This document shows, piece by piece, positions 35,889 through 44,636 of a stretch of 64,000 nt of DNA. Both the position numbers and the translations under genes were made by a program. The notes beneath the pieces were generated by a model. That model ran no database searches. It had not been told where the DNA came from and saw only the letters and a program-made list of their open reading frames with translations. This DNA is from a virus. Taxonomy: Duplodnaviria; Caudoviricetes. How positions within the stretch are numbered: the first letter of the stretch is position 1; each line of letters begins with the position of its first letter. The stretch covers positions 1-64,000 of IMG/VR virus record IMGVR_UViG_3300033074_001674; one strand, 5' to 3'.

Positions 35889-36171
35889 AGTTAATATAAC
35901 CTATGCGATGCAATCATGCGAGTTGCTTTGTGGAGAAAATGCAAAACTACTAAAAATATTTAGTGTTGCATATCGAAACTTAACATCCATAGCTATGGAT
36001 AGAAATAGGAGCTCCCTAGCAAGCAAAATTTATACTCTAATATTAGCGTTTGAAAGGTCAGCTGAAACTATTTCTTATATAGATAAGGAATGGACAAAAA
36101 AATACGACATGGTGATTCTTAGAGAAGGATACCTGGGACAAGGAGTTTACTTGACATGGGAATACGCATGA
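35872..36171 (+). CDS. beta-beta-alpha paralog family member
   Basis: CELLCGENAKLLKIFSVAYRNL. Confidence 0.78.
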   Translation: MAMTYRVNITYAMQSCELLCGENAKLLKIFSVAYRNLTSIAMDRNRSSLASKIYTLILAFERSAETISYIDKEWTKKYDMVILREGYLGQGVYLTWEYA

Positions 36172-36653
36172 AATATGCTCCTATTAATATTGTGAGAGTT
36201 AATAGAGATAGTACGCTAGGAAAACTGGCTTTAAATGTGATGGACTCTCATAATAATGGTAGAATAACGCAAGAATCACTAGACATGTTCCGCGAAGATT
36301 ATTCTCTCCTGGAAGACTTTCAATATCACACAGTGATTATGGCCGCAATCTTTAAGGGTGAGGTCATAGGAATATCTGCTGGAGTTGTTGATGGGTTCGA
36401 AATGCTTAATGGCATTACAGTGGTACATCAAAAATACAGGAGATTAGGTGTTGGTTTCAAGCTTATGATGGCAAAAGCTAAAGAAATAAGTAACTATTTC
36501 CCAAATGTAAAAATCGCGACAAAGGTCGCAGCCAACAATATCCCATCGATGAGGTCACTAATTAAGGCTAACTTTAAGGCGACAGAAATCACAACACACA
36601 GAAAAAACAACGGGTCGCTGGTAGACTGTTTTACATTTACGTGGCCCAAATGA
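36156..36653 (+). CDS. GNAT acetyltransferase
   Basis: VVHQKYRRLGVG, V...N.PS...L.K..F. Confidence 0.85.
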   Translation: MGIRMKYAPINIVRVNRDSTLGKLALNVMDSHNNGRITQESLDMFREDYSLLEDFQYHTVIMAAIFKGEVIGISAGVVDGFEMLNGITVVHQKYRRLGVGFKLMMAKAKEISNYFPNVKIATKVAANNIPSMRSLIKANFKATEITTHRKNNGSLVDCFTFTWPK

Positions 36654-36967
36654 TTTGTAGACTATATGTAGATGGCTCTAACACACAGAAGTGTTACTTG
36701 CGTATCAGAGATGATAAAATCGAATATGTGACATACAATGATATTTTAAAGGTCGCTTACGACAATTTAAGATGCGACCCACTAAGGTGGAATTTTGCTT
36801 GCGCAATAAATGATGAGATTGGTAAAAGATGGACAAAAGGAATACCTTTTAAGTTTGGATATAAAACGGCGCCTATCGCACTTTTCGACGCGTACATTAA
36901 CCCAGATTCCCCACATATGAATAGAATAGTATTGGCTCAATATAATGGTGAAATTAATCATCGCTAA
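36641..36967 (+). CDS. beta-beta-alpha paralog family member
   Basis: CYL.I.DD....VTYNDILKVAYDNL. Confidence 0.72.
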   Translation: MAQMICRLYVDGSNTQKCYLRIRDDKIEYVTYNDILKVAYDNLRCDPLRWNFACAINDEIGKRWTKGIPFKFGYKTAPIALFDAYINPDSPHMNRIVLAQYNGEINHR

Positions 36968-37220
36968 TGAGGAGTGTGAACTTGCGCTTAAAGATGACGC
37001 GCTAAACAAAATAACATATCTAATGATATTAGATGAGGCAGAGAGAGGATTAATACATACAGGAGATAGACAGAGCTTATTGAAAGCGATTAAATATTGC
37101 AAATCAAGGCCTTGGGCAAATGACAGAACGCTTATGGCAATAAAAGAAACGGAAGATTTAGTTCTTTATGGTGGATATGTGTTGACGTTACAACGAGGGC
37201 CGGAAATAGTATCGAACTGA
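36945..37220 (+). CDS. beta-beta-alpha paralog family member
   Basis: CELAL.DD...KITYLMILDEAERGL...GDRQSLL. Confidence 0.75.
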   Translation: MVKLIIANEECELALKDDALNKITYLMILDEAERGLIHTGDRQSLLKAIKYCKSRPWANDRTLMAIKETEDLVLYGGYVLTLQRGPEIVSN

Positions 37221-37567
37221 TAAGTAAGAGCAAAACTAGCAGGCCGTGGTTGAGCGCTGGCCACGTTAAAAAGCGTTCAAACTTAAAGTGCCAAGACCAC
37301 TTCAAAGTCTTATCGGGGTGGACGGACTCGTGCCGCTCGCCTCAGCGCTCTAAGCGCCGCTGCCTAATTAGCGTTATTTATTAGGGTGGCTCCTCAGCGC
37401 ACAATCTGAGGAGTTACAGCACATCGAGTCGAGAAGCTGTGACTATTTAGACTTGCGTTGCGCATTAAGAGGTAAATGCGATATTTCGTCAACTAGAAAA
37501 GTTGTCTAAGCCTGTAGAAAGTTTGCAATTTTTATCAGTGACCCGGGGGCAGTACCCGGCCGGTCCA
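37197..37567 (+). ncRNA. ssrA: tmRNA (one-piece); tag AKTTSKSYRGGRTRAARLSALSAAA at 37290-37367
   Basis: GGGCCGG/CCGGTCC-A with G3:U70, ACTGATAA/TTATCAGT helix, PK1 (CGTGGTT/GGCCACG, GAGCGCT/AGCGTTC), GCC resume codon, tag ends AAA*. Confidence 0.93.
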
Positions 37568-37588
37568 TTTAATTATTGGAAGAATATT

Positions 37589-37867
37589 ATGGAATTCCTA
37601 GAGTTTAAATTGTGGACTAGCACCATACCACAAGAGACGTGCATAATTAGGTGTGGGCACAAAGCATCTTTCGATAAAGTGATTTTAACCGCGCTTGAGA
37701 ATACCCCTCACGAAAAACTAAAAAAAGAATTAAAGATTGTGTGCGAAAATTATTGCAACAGAGGATATTCAGTTAAAGGATATTGGGATGTGTCACAAAG
37801 ACAGGGGAGAGAATACCGAAGCATACTAAGGGAAATAGAGATACTGTGCAGAATAGTTAGGGATTAA
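37589..37867 (+). CDS. beta-beta-alpha paralog family member
   Basis: CIIRCGHKASFDKVILTALEN; ATG 37589 lies after the tmRNA. Confidence 0.75.
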   Translation: MEFLEFKLWTSTIPQETCIIRCGHKASFDKVILTALENTPHEKLKKELKIVCENYCNRGYSVKGYWDVSQRQGREYRSILREIEILCRIVRD

Positions 37868-37868
37868 C

Positions 37869-38162
37869 GTGGGTAAATATTTTAAAATTACTCTTAGTTG
37901 TAGGGACCTAAATGAAGAATGCTTAATTCATGCAGGGCCTAATGCCACTATGGCAAAAGCCGTGAATTCTACTTTAGATTTTATAAAAGATAAATGTCCT
38001 CGTCTTGCAATTATCCTTAAATCATATAAGTTACAAGGCAAGAGATTTTATAATCATAAATTATGCGATGCCTATGGTATAGTGTGTAGATACGGCCCAT
38101 ATGAATCACATTTTGACTATAACCAACCACAAGTTAGCTACACTATAGAAATGCGAAGCTAA
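37869..38162 (+). CDS. beta-beta-alpha paralog family member
   Basis: CLIHAGPNATMAKAV. Confidence 0.75.
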   Translation: MGKYFKITLSCRDLNEECLIHAGPNATMAKAVNSTLDFIKDKCPRLAIILKSYKLQGKRFYNHKLCDAYGIVCRYGPYESHFDYNQPQVSYTIEMRS

Positions 38163-38258
38163 CTTAATTACATTACAATTACTAGCGCCCGCGCAGCGGC
38201 AACGAAATAACATTAGAGCACAATGACGTGCGGTCTGCAAGCTAAAAGGAGCTGCGCT

Positions 38259-38624
38259 ATGAATAGAGGAGATATTTTTGAGTTTAACGGCGATAGATTT
38301 GTTGCTCGCGACACTAGCGGGACCACAGTTGTGGCGTCAAAGCTAGGTCTCGACAAGAATGGAGTTGAGCATCCACGAGTTGGAAAGCCTCGCACATTCA
38401 AGAATCTTGACGCGAAGGTTGTTGGTTTTATGAAGTTAGTTGATAGGAGAAAGCCCGGCACTGGACACACTTCATTTGTGGAGTCACCAACAGATGAGGA
38501 TGAAGCATCTGGCGAATCTCCTGAGGAGGCACCTGCAGAGGATTCATGGGAAGAGATACAGCGCAAGAAGAAGGTTGTAGAAAATCTTATGAAGCTGACA
38601 GGCGATGGGCCAAGCGAGTGGTAG
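38259..38624 (+). CDS. hypothetical protein with acidic tail
   Basis: AGGAG RBS before ATG 38259. Confidence 0.75.
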   Translation: MNRGDIFEFNGDRFVARDTSGTTVVASKLGLDKNGVEHPRVGKPRTFKNLDAKVVGFMKLVDRRKPGTGHTSFVESPTDEDEASGESPEEAPAEDSWEEIQRKKKVVENLMKLTGDGPSEW

Positions 38625-38686
38625 TGTAGGGCTGCATGGGACGGGTCCGGCATACCCTTATCAGGTGTCGGGAATAATGGAGATTT

Positions 38687-39007
38687 ATGAATTATTTTGT
38701 TGTAAAAATCTCAGATATAAACGGAGATTCCTGCGAGATTAAATGCGGACCATCTGCCACTTTGCGAAGCATACTTAAAAACGCTGCTGACAATCTAGAT
38801 GCGGACAGGAGTTTAAGTAAGGCGATTATAAGCGTGTGTGGATGCGATTTTGATTCCTGGAACCGACAAATTCGTAATATTGGAAAACATTTCATTATGG
38901 CTAGCGGCGACAATTTAATTATGTTCAAAATAACAGAGATGGTAGAATTTACATCAATGAAGTGGGATAATCATTTTAACATGACATGGAGCAGTGTTCG
39001 TCAATGA
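38687..39007 (+). CDS. beta-beta-alpha paralog family member
   Basis: CEIKCGPSATLRSILKNAADNL. Confidence 0.78.
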   Translation: MNYFVVKISDINGDSCEIKCGPSATLRSILKNAADNLDADRSLSKAIISVCGCDFDSWNRQIRNIGKHFIMASGDNLIMFKITEMVEFTSMKWDNHFNMTWSSVRQ

Positions 39008-39672
39008 AAAAACTACTCCTAATATTAATGTTTGTGATTTCTGGCTGCTCAACAACTAGAAAAACAGACGCGCTAGTAAGCAAGTTTTTATTACCAGTCA
39101 ATGTTGTTGCTGCATATTTTTCCAGCGTAGCTATACATGAGGCTGGCCATGCATGTGGCGGATGTTTGACAGGAGCATACAAATCAGACATTGATGTTGT
39201 TCCAGTCAAAAAGCAAGGCAAGTGGCACCTTGGCTATACTACTAATTATTACAGGCCAGGCACATTATCAAGGTCTGATGAATATATAACGAATTCGTTT
39301 GGGCCCGCTGCCCAGTATCTAGGACACCTTGGATGTAGAGCACTTCTTGAAACAGATAGTGTGCCAAGATTACTCCAACCATTTCTAGGCTGGTTAGACT
39401 TGTTTAATGTGATAGGATATTACTCTCACGTTTTTCAAGGTCTAATTAGAATAGACGAACAATCAGACCTTGTTAAATTAGACCCGTGGGTCTCGTGGGT
39501 AATGCTCGGAGGAGGTCTAGCAATAGATATTCTTGATATAATCTTCATTGATGATGACTTTTCAAAGCGCTTTAAGGTTCTGTTCGGCGAGGATTTTTAT
39601 GAGGCAAAAGAGGACAGACAAATAAGTCTTATCACTACGCCAGGCTTCTTCGGAATAAGATTGGAGTGGTAA
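39004..39672 (+). CDS. lipoprotein/membrane HExxH metallopeptidase-like (M50-like)
   Basis: Lipobox ISGC; HEAGH; GP...; ends FFGIRLEW. Confidence 0.72.
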   Translation: MKKLLLILMFVISGCSTTRKTDALVSKFLLPVNVVAAYFSSVAIHEAGHACGGCLTGAYKSDIDVVPVKKQGKWHLGYTTNYYRPGTLSRSDEYITNSFGPAAQYLGHLGCRALLETDSVPRLLQPFLGWLDLFNVIGYYSHVFQGLIRIDEQSDLVKLDPWVSWVMLGGGLAIDILDIIFIDDDFSKRFKVLFGEDFYEAKEDRQISLITTPGFFGIRLEW

Positions 39673-40074
39673 ATGAATTTGAATCATATAGTTCAAATTG
39701 AGGTTGGAGATAGTGGCGGGGATGGACATGGCAAACATGAAACATTCACATATAGCTGCACTCACGATTCATTTGAAGTAAAACAGGCCTTTAAAAAAGG
39801 GACTGATATATTAGGCTTTGATATTACCAAATATTGTGATGCTTATGAAGATAATAGTATACCGCAAGATGTGTACGAAAAGCTAGTAGAGCTTAATGCT
39901 GTTCCAGAATGGCTAATTAGCGATGTTGATGAATTTGAAGAAGAGCCATACGTGGACGCTGAGACATACGCTAACATTTACATGCTTACGGCACAAAAGG
40001 GGCTGCCAGAACTTCGTTATACTATGAGAAGAAACCCGGCAATCAAGGCCGGAGGATACGGATTATTTAGTTAA
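39673..40074 (+). CDS. hypothetical phage protein
   Basis: GD.GGDGHGK...C..YED...GGYGLF. Confidence 0.78.
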   Translation: MNLNHIVQIEVGDSGGDGHGKHETFTYSCTHDSFEVKQAFKKGTDILGFDITKYCDAYEDNSIPQDVYEKLVELNAVPEWLISDVDEFEEEPYVDAETYANIYMLTAQKGLPELRYTMRRNPAIKAGGYGLFS

Positions 40075-40196
40075 AATAGAAACACTTGAGACAGAAACAA
40101 TACTAAGAACTTATATGGTTGCATCAGAAAAGCCGCTACATGTAGAAGAATTGAAAATCTTGGCCGTCAAAGAAATAGAAGTGCAGAGCAAGCAAA

Positions 40197-40433
40197 ATGA
40201 GAGAGCTTAAAAAAATTGCAACGTTCGGCCTTTCATTAAATTTATATTTTATACAAGATGGCGAATATTTATATCCAGAAATTCATGTTGAAGGCCATGC
40301 AGGTACTGGTGGAAAATTTGATGGTCAGTGCATGTCAAAAGAAGATATAAAAGATTTAGGTTTGGCATTAGTTGAGTTTGCCGCATCATTGCCAGATGAT
40401 AAGTATCAATCATTTCAGAAAACAAACAGGTGA
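40197..40433 (+). CDS. hypothetical protein
   Basis: 78 aa coupled ORF. Confidence 0.65.
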   Translation: MRELKKIATFGLSLNLYFIQDGEYLYPEIHVEGHAGTGGKFDGQCMSKEDIKDLGLALVEFAASLPDDKYQSFQKTNR

Positions 40434-40678
40434 AAATCACAATGAATGTCTACACAATGACCACAGAAGATATGACTAGAAATGCAAATCAAATTAAAGA
40501 GATTGTGATTTGCTCCCTAGAAAGAGAAGGATTGCTAAATAGACCATCAAAAGAAATATGTGATAATTACATTATTTCACTTGGCAAACCTAGCATTTTT
40601 GGCAATGCAATGAAACTTGTGCTTGGCGGTAAAGATGATTCTCCGCGTTTTATATTTTCAAAGGTAGTCAATAAATGA
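40430..40678 (+). CDS. hypothetical protein
   Basis: 82 aa coupled ORF. Confidence 0.65.
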   Translation: MKITMNVYTMTTEDMTRNANQIKEIVICSLEREGLLNRPSKEICDNYIISLGKPSIFGNAMKLVLGGKDDSPRFIFSKVVNK

Positions 40679-41013
40679 GGGATATCCTAATATCTTTAAT
40701 CCTGTTGATAACAATTGCTACTACAGGATGTCCTCCAACCAGTTTAAATGTGCATGGCACGATTACGAGAATGACCAGAGTGATAAATATTCCAGATGGT
40801 AGTCAATCTGTATTGGTTGAGGTGACATGTAATCAGAATAAGTTTATTGGGAGATTCGACGGCGGAGCGGCTGCTGCAATAAATAGCAGTGGCATTAACA
40901 TAGGAGACGCGGTAATCTTTAGCGCGATAGATAGTAATATTACCAATATGGAGACTGTCTTGTCGGATGACAAATTAATTGTTGTGGAGGGACAAGATTG
41001 GTTCAAAGATTAA
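40675..41013 (+). CDS. putative lipoprotein, OB-fold-like
   Basis: Signal ...ATTGC; GD.V.F pattern. Confidence 0.65.
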   Translation: MRDILISLILLITIATTGCPPTSLNVHGTITRMTRVINIPDGSQSVLVEVTCNQNKFIGRFDGGAAAAINSSGINIGDAVIFSAIDSNITNMETVLSDDKLIVVEGQDWFKD

Positions 41014-41165
41014 TAAGAAGATTAAAAGAAAAATTATGTCTATTTTTTGGATTGCCTGCGCCACCAGGCAAAATGTCCGGAGGACTATGTGTAGAGCCAT
41101 ATTGTAAATGGCCGTATCATAGTCACGAGTTGTTCAGCAGCAAAAATAAGAATTAGGCAAATATC

Positions 41166-41528
41166 ATGAAAAAATTTCTATTTTTCGTCGCACTAATTTT
41201 AATCGCAGGATGCACTGTTGATAGACAGCATGAATTGCCATGGTACAATGACCGATATTGGTACATCAGAGTATTCGTGCCAGATGGTGGACACATCGAG
41301 GCGGATGTGGCATGTCCTTGTTCTGGAAGTAGAATGGTTGGTTCAGCATACATAGGGATGTATAAAAATAAAAGCATTCGCATCGAGCATTTCAATACTA
41401 GAACAGACATTACTATTTCAGAAATCAGTAAACAAGATGCCCTAAGAATTGTTGAGACTTTTTATCCATACAAAAAAGATATTTATATATACGATTTACA
41501 TCCAATGTTTAATACTGGAAGAAGATAG
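41166..41528 (+). CDS. putative lipoprotein
   Basis: MKKFLFFVALILIAGC lipobox. Confidence 0.75.
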   Translation: MKKFLFFVALILIAGCTVDRQHELPWYNDRYWYIRVFVPDGGHIEADVACPCSGSRMVGSAYIGMYKNKSIRIEHFNTRTDITISEISKQDALRIVETFYPYKKDIYIYDLHPMFNTGRR

Positions 41529-41531
41529 TAA

Positions 41532-42143
41532 ATGAAATCATATACATTTATTATTGATACAAATCAATACGCAGGAAATTTTGAAAGACAAATGTGCGCG
41601 TATATGACAGGCATGATTGGAGATTGTGGGGTTGGAGAAGAATATGCTGAAATGTATAAAAATTGTGGCCTTTCGCCAATGAAAGAACTGTTGACATATA
41701 AATCAGACGAACATGGCACTTATAGGCCCTGCGGGATATTTCCAACTCCTGGGTGGATAAATAATGGATATTCTCACTACAGAATAGATAATTTAGATGA
41801 GGAGAAAGCATTAGCCGAATACAATGAAAATGTAGAAAAAGAAGCAAAGAAAATTGAATCCCAAATATATCAAGGAGAAGATGCCGAGTACAGCAAGAAA
41901 CAAGCTGACCAATATAGGAAGAACTATAAAAGAGATAAATTACAGAAATGGCCAGCATACAATAGCGTGGGAATATATATGGTCGCAAGACCTACAGACA
42001 AAGAAATTGCTCTATTAAAGGAGCGGGCACACGCTTTTACATTGCTAAAAAGCAAACATCCATGGGAAGATTTTTCTAGCATTTCAATAGAAGGCTTTAG
42101 ATTACTTGTCGAAACTACATCAAGCCATTTAGAGGCAATATAA
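41532..42143 (+). CDS. hypothetical phage protein
   Basis: FIIDTNQYAGNFERQMCAY.TG..G.CGVG. Confidence 0.8.
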   Translation: MKSYTFIIDTNQYAGNFERQMCAYMTGMIGDCGVGEEYAEMYKNCGLSPMKELLTYKSDEHGTYRPCGIFPTPGWINNGYSHYRIDNLDEEKALAEYNENVEKEAKKIESQIYQGEDAEYSKKQADQYRKNYKRDKLQKWPAYNSVGIYMVARPTDKEIALLKERAHAFTLLKSKHPWEDFSSISIEGFRLLVETTSSHLEAI

Positions 42144-42754
42144 TGAAATTGCCGCTAATTGACCAATTTAAGGCGCGCTGGAAGGATTGTAGCGGCTGTC
42201 GTCTTTCCAGAACACGCACTCAGGTTGTTTTCGGAGAAGGCAATCTAAATTCCCCTATTATGCTAGTTGGTGAAGCGCCAGGAGAACAAGAAGATAGAGA
42301 AGGCAAACCATTCTTTTCAGATGCTCCGGCCGGCTCTTATCTGAATAAGATATTAGCCGCACCTGGCGTGGAGATTAAACGAGATGACGTTTATATTACA
42401 AACACATGCCTGTGTCGTCCCTATGAAGGGGCAAAGAACAGGGCGCCACTAGTAGACGAAATCCAAGCATGTCAGGCTAGATTCTTTGAGGAAATTGAAA
42501 TTGTTCAGCCACAAATTTTGGTTTTGTGCGGCAACACGCCTCTGTTTATGGCGACCGGCAAGAAGGGCATTAGCAAATTGCATGGTAAATTGCCATTCGA
42601 GTTTAATACTCCCAACTGGACAGTATTTAATGTATTCGCTACATTCCATCCAGCGGCATTTATTTACGGCTCTCCGGCACAAATTGAATTTAAGAAGTCT
42701 TTAGCATATCAGGATTGGCAAGAAATAGCCCAAGTGTATCATAAGTTGGCGTAA
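42143..42754 (+). CDS. uracil-DNA glycosylase family 4
   Basis: CxxCxL, VFGEG, GEAPG..ED..GKPF, YITN...CRP, NRAP...EI.AC, FHPA. Confidence 0.93.
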   Translation: MKLPLIDQFKARWKDCSGCRLSRTRTQVVFGEGNLNSPIMLVGEAPGEQEDREGKPFFSDAPAGSYLNKILAAPGVEIKRDDVYITNTCLCRPYEGAKNRAPLVDEIQACQARFFEEIEIVQPQILVLCGNTPLFMATGKKGISKLHGKLPFEFNTPNWTVFNVFATFHPAAFIYGSPAQIEFKKSLAYQDWQEIAQVYHKLA

Positions 42755-42781
42755 GTTATTAAACGCCTAGATAGCAGGAAA

Positions 42782-43462
42782 ATGGGTCGCGACAGACATC
42801 AAAGGCCGCGTCAGAATATTAAGCGTGATATTGTAGTAACCCCAAAAACAGAAGGACAAAGAGAATACTTAGAAGCAATTGAAGAAGATGATTTAATCAT
42901 ATGCAGCGGCCCAGCAGGTACGGGCAAAACGATAGTTGCTATAGGCGCTGCTCTTTTATTAATGAGGAATAATCCACACAAGTACAAGAAGCTTATATTG
43001 GCGCGCCCGTATGTCGTTTTAGATGGAGAAGATATGGGCTTCTTGCCAGGAGATGCCAACGATAAGCTTCGGCCATTTATGATGCCACTTGTTGACAGTA
43101 TGAGTAAATTTGTAGACCAGGGCACAATCCAAACTATGTTCGGACATGGGGTTGTAGAATTCTTGCCAGTTGCCCATATGAGAGGCCGCACGTTTTCTGA
43201 CTGTATAGTCATTTTCGACGAAGCTCAGAACTCAAAAATCTCCCATATGAAAATGTTTCTCACTAGATTGGGAGATAATTGCAAAGCCATTATAGAGGGA
43301 GATGTTAAGCAAAGCGACCTAATTGGCCAAGATGCAGAAGATAATGGTCTTGCCTGGGCCCTATCTCGCCTTGATGGATTAGACGGCGTGAGTATTGTAC
43401 AAATGTTGGACGAAGATATAGTCAGGTCTTCAATAGTAAGAAGAATAATAAGTAGGCTATAA
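42782..43462 (+). CDS. phoH: PhoH family ATPase
   Basis: GPAGTGKT, GFLPG, MRGRTF, DEAQN, LTRLG, GD..QSD, DIVRS. Confidence 0.95.
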   Translation: MGRDRHQRPRQNIKRDIVVTPKTEGQREYLEAIEEDDLIICSGPAGTGKTIVAIGAALLLMRNNPHKYKKLILARPYVVLDGEDMGFLPGDANDKLRPFMMPLVDSMSKFVDQGTIQTMFGHGVVEFLPVAHMRGRTFSDCIVIFDEAQNSKISHMKMFLTRLGDNCKAIIEGDVKQSDLIGQDAEDNGLAWALSRLDGLDGVSIVQMLDEDIVRSSIVRRIISRL

Positions 43463-43887
43463 TGGACAAATATGACACTTGTGTACTGTGCGGACACGTA
43501 AGATGCTGTCACCCAAGATATACTACAGATAAAAATTGTCTTGTGCCACAATGCAAGTGTACTCATGGAGTATACTCGCTTTTGGAATATTTCTGGGACA
43601 TTTATATGCCAGTGCATACAAAACCGCTAACAAAACTAATGCATTTTGCAGGATTAATGTCCACATTACTATATGTAATATTGATTTCTATATATGCTCC
43701 ATTATTCTTATTGCTAGCTACACCATTTGTTGTTTATCCATTTGCTTGGTCGGCTCATTTCTTTGTAGAGAAAAACAAGCCATTAGCGTTTAAAAATCCA
43801 CTATATGCCAAAGCATGCGATATAATGATGTGCGCAGGCATACTAACCGGCTTTATTAAGCTAGATTGTAAAGGACGTGGACGATAA
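43462..43887 (+). CDS. DUF962/Mpo1-like membrane protein with N-terminal Cys/His finger
   Basis: H.....KLMHFAG...YPFAWSAHFFVEKNKP.AF..P; N-terminal CVLCGH...H...C...C.C. Confidence 0.8.
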   Translation: MDKYDTCVLCGHVRCCHPRYTTDKNCLVPQCKCTHGVYSLLEYFWDIYMPVHTKPLTKLMHFAGLMSTLLYVILISIYAPLFLLLATPFVVYPFAWSAHFFVEKNKPLAFKNPLYAKACDIMMCAGILTGFIKLDCKGRGR

Positions 43888-44098
43888 CATATATCACATC
43901 AATATAACGACTTATCAGGAATATCAAAGATTCCGTGAGTGGTTATTAAATAGAAATTTCGCAGAGAAGGCGTCTATCTACTTAAACGGTATAACTGTTG
44001 AATTTGCAGACCAATTACAACGCCTAATGTTTATAGCTGGGATGCAAGAGGGATTCCGAATCTCTCGCGAGGAAGGATTCTTCGAAGATGCCACTTAA
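43877..44098 (+). CDS. hypothetical protein
   Basis: 73 aa coupled ORF. Confidence 0.6.
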   Translation: MDDNIYHINITTYQEYQRFREWLLNRNFAEKASIYLNGITVEFADQLQRLMFIAGMQEGFRISREEGFFEDAT

Positions 44099-44477
44099 AG
44101 GATGGAATCTAAACCTTAAACCAAAAGAAGTCAAGAAAAGGGCGCCGGCATTTTACGGCGTTCTCAAGCCAAAAGCAGATGAACAAACCAATTGGGACAA
44201 TTCAGCAGATAGATGGATAGGCAAGATAGTTTCTGCTAGCCAAGTTTATCCAGACCAAGATTGGCAAGATTGGATGGTTATTTCTCTGTGGGGAGAGCCA
44301 TCAAATTCAGACACAGAGCTATCTGTGATGGATACCTCATTCGTTCACAAGGATTATCTGGTGGAAATTCCACCATGCATATGTGATTCTAAACATTTAG
44401 CTAGTTATGGCTGTACGTGTGGCTGTATGGCTGCCGAAAAAATGTTTCATAAGCTAATAAAACTTGCACAAAAGTAA
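44088..44477 (+). CDS. hypothetical protein with Cys module shared with 3397..3822
   Basis: CICDSKHLASYGCTCG. Confidence 0.72.
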   Translation: MPLKGWNLNLKPKEVKKRAPAFYGVLKPKADEQTNWDNSADRWIGKIVSASQVYPDQDWQDWMVISLWGEPSNSDTELSVMDTSFVHKDYLVEIPPCICDSKHLASYGCTCGCMAAEKMFHKLIKLAQK

Positions 44478-44636
44478 AATACCGATGAACGTAATTATCG
44501 TAATTAACAAAAACACTCTATTAGTAGAGGAGGTTGTCGGTATATTCTTTACAGATTCTAGCGCAAAAGATTGGGCTAAAGACCATTACGATGGCAAGGA
44601 TAATTTATCATATAGCATAGAAAGAATACAACAGCC

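Noticed and set aside
37502-37588. N-terminal extension of ORF 37502..37867
   Set aside because: It overlaps the tmRNA 3' end; paralogs align from ATG 37589.
18879-43617. Numerous long minus-strand ORFs in the + strand region (e.g. 18879..19376, 24903..25394, 28252..28791, 42811..43212)
   Set aside because: They are antisense to well-supported genes and have no motifs or RBS.
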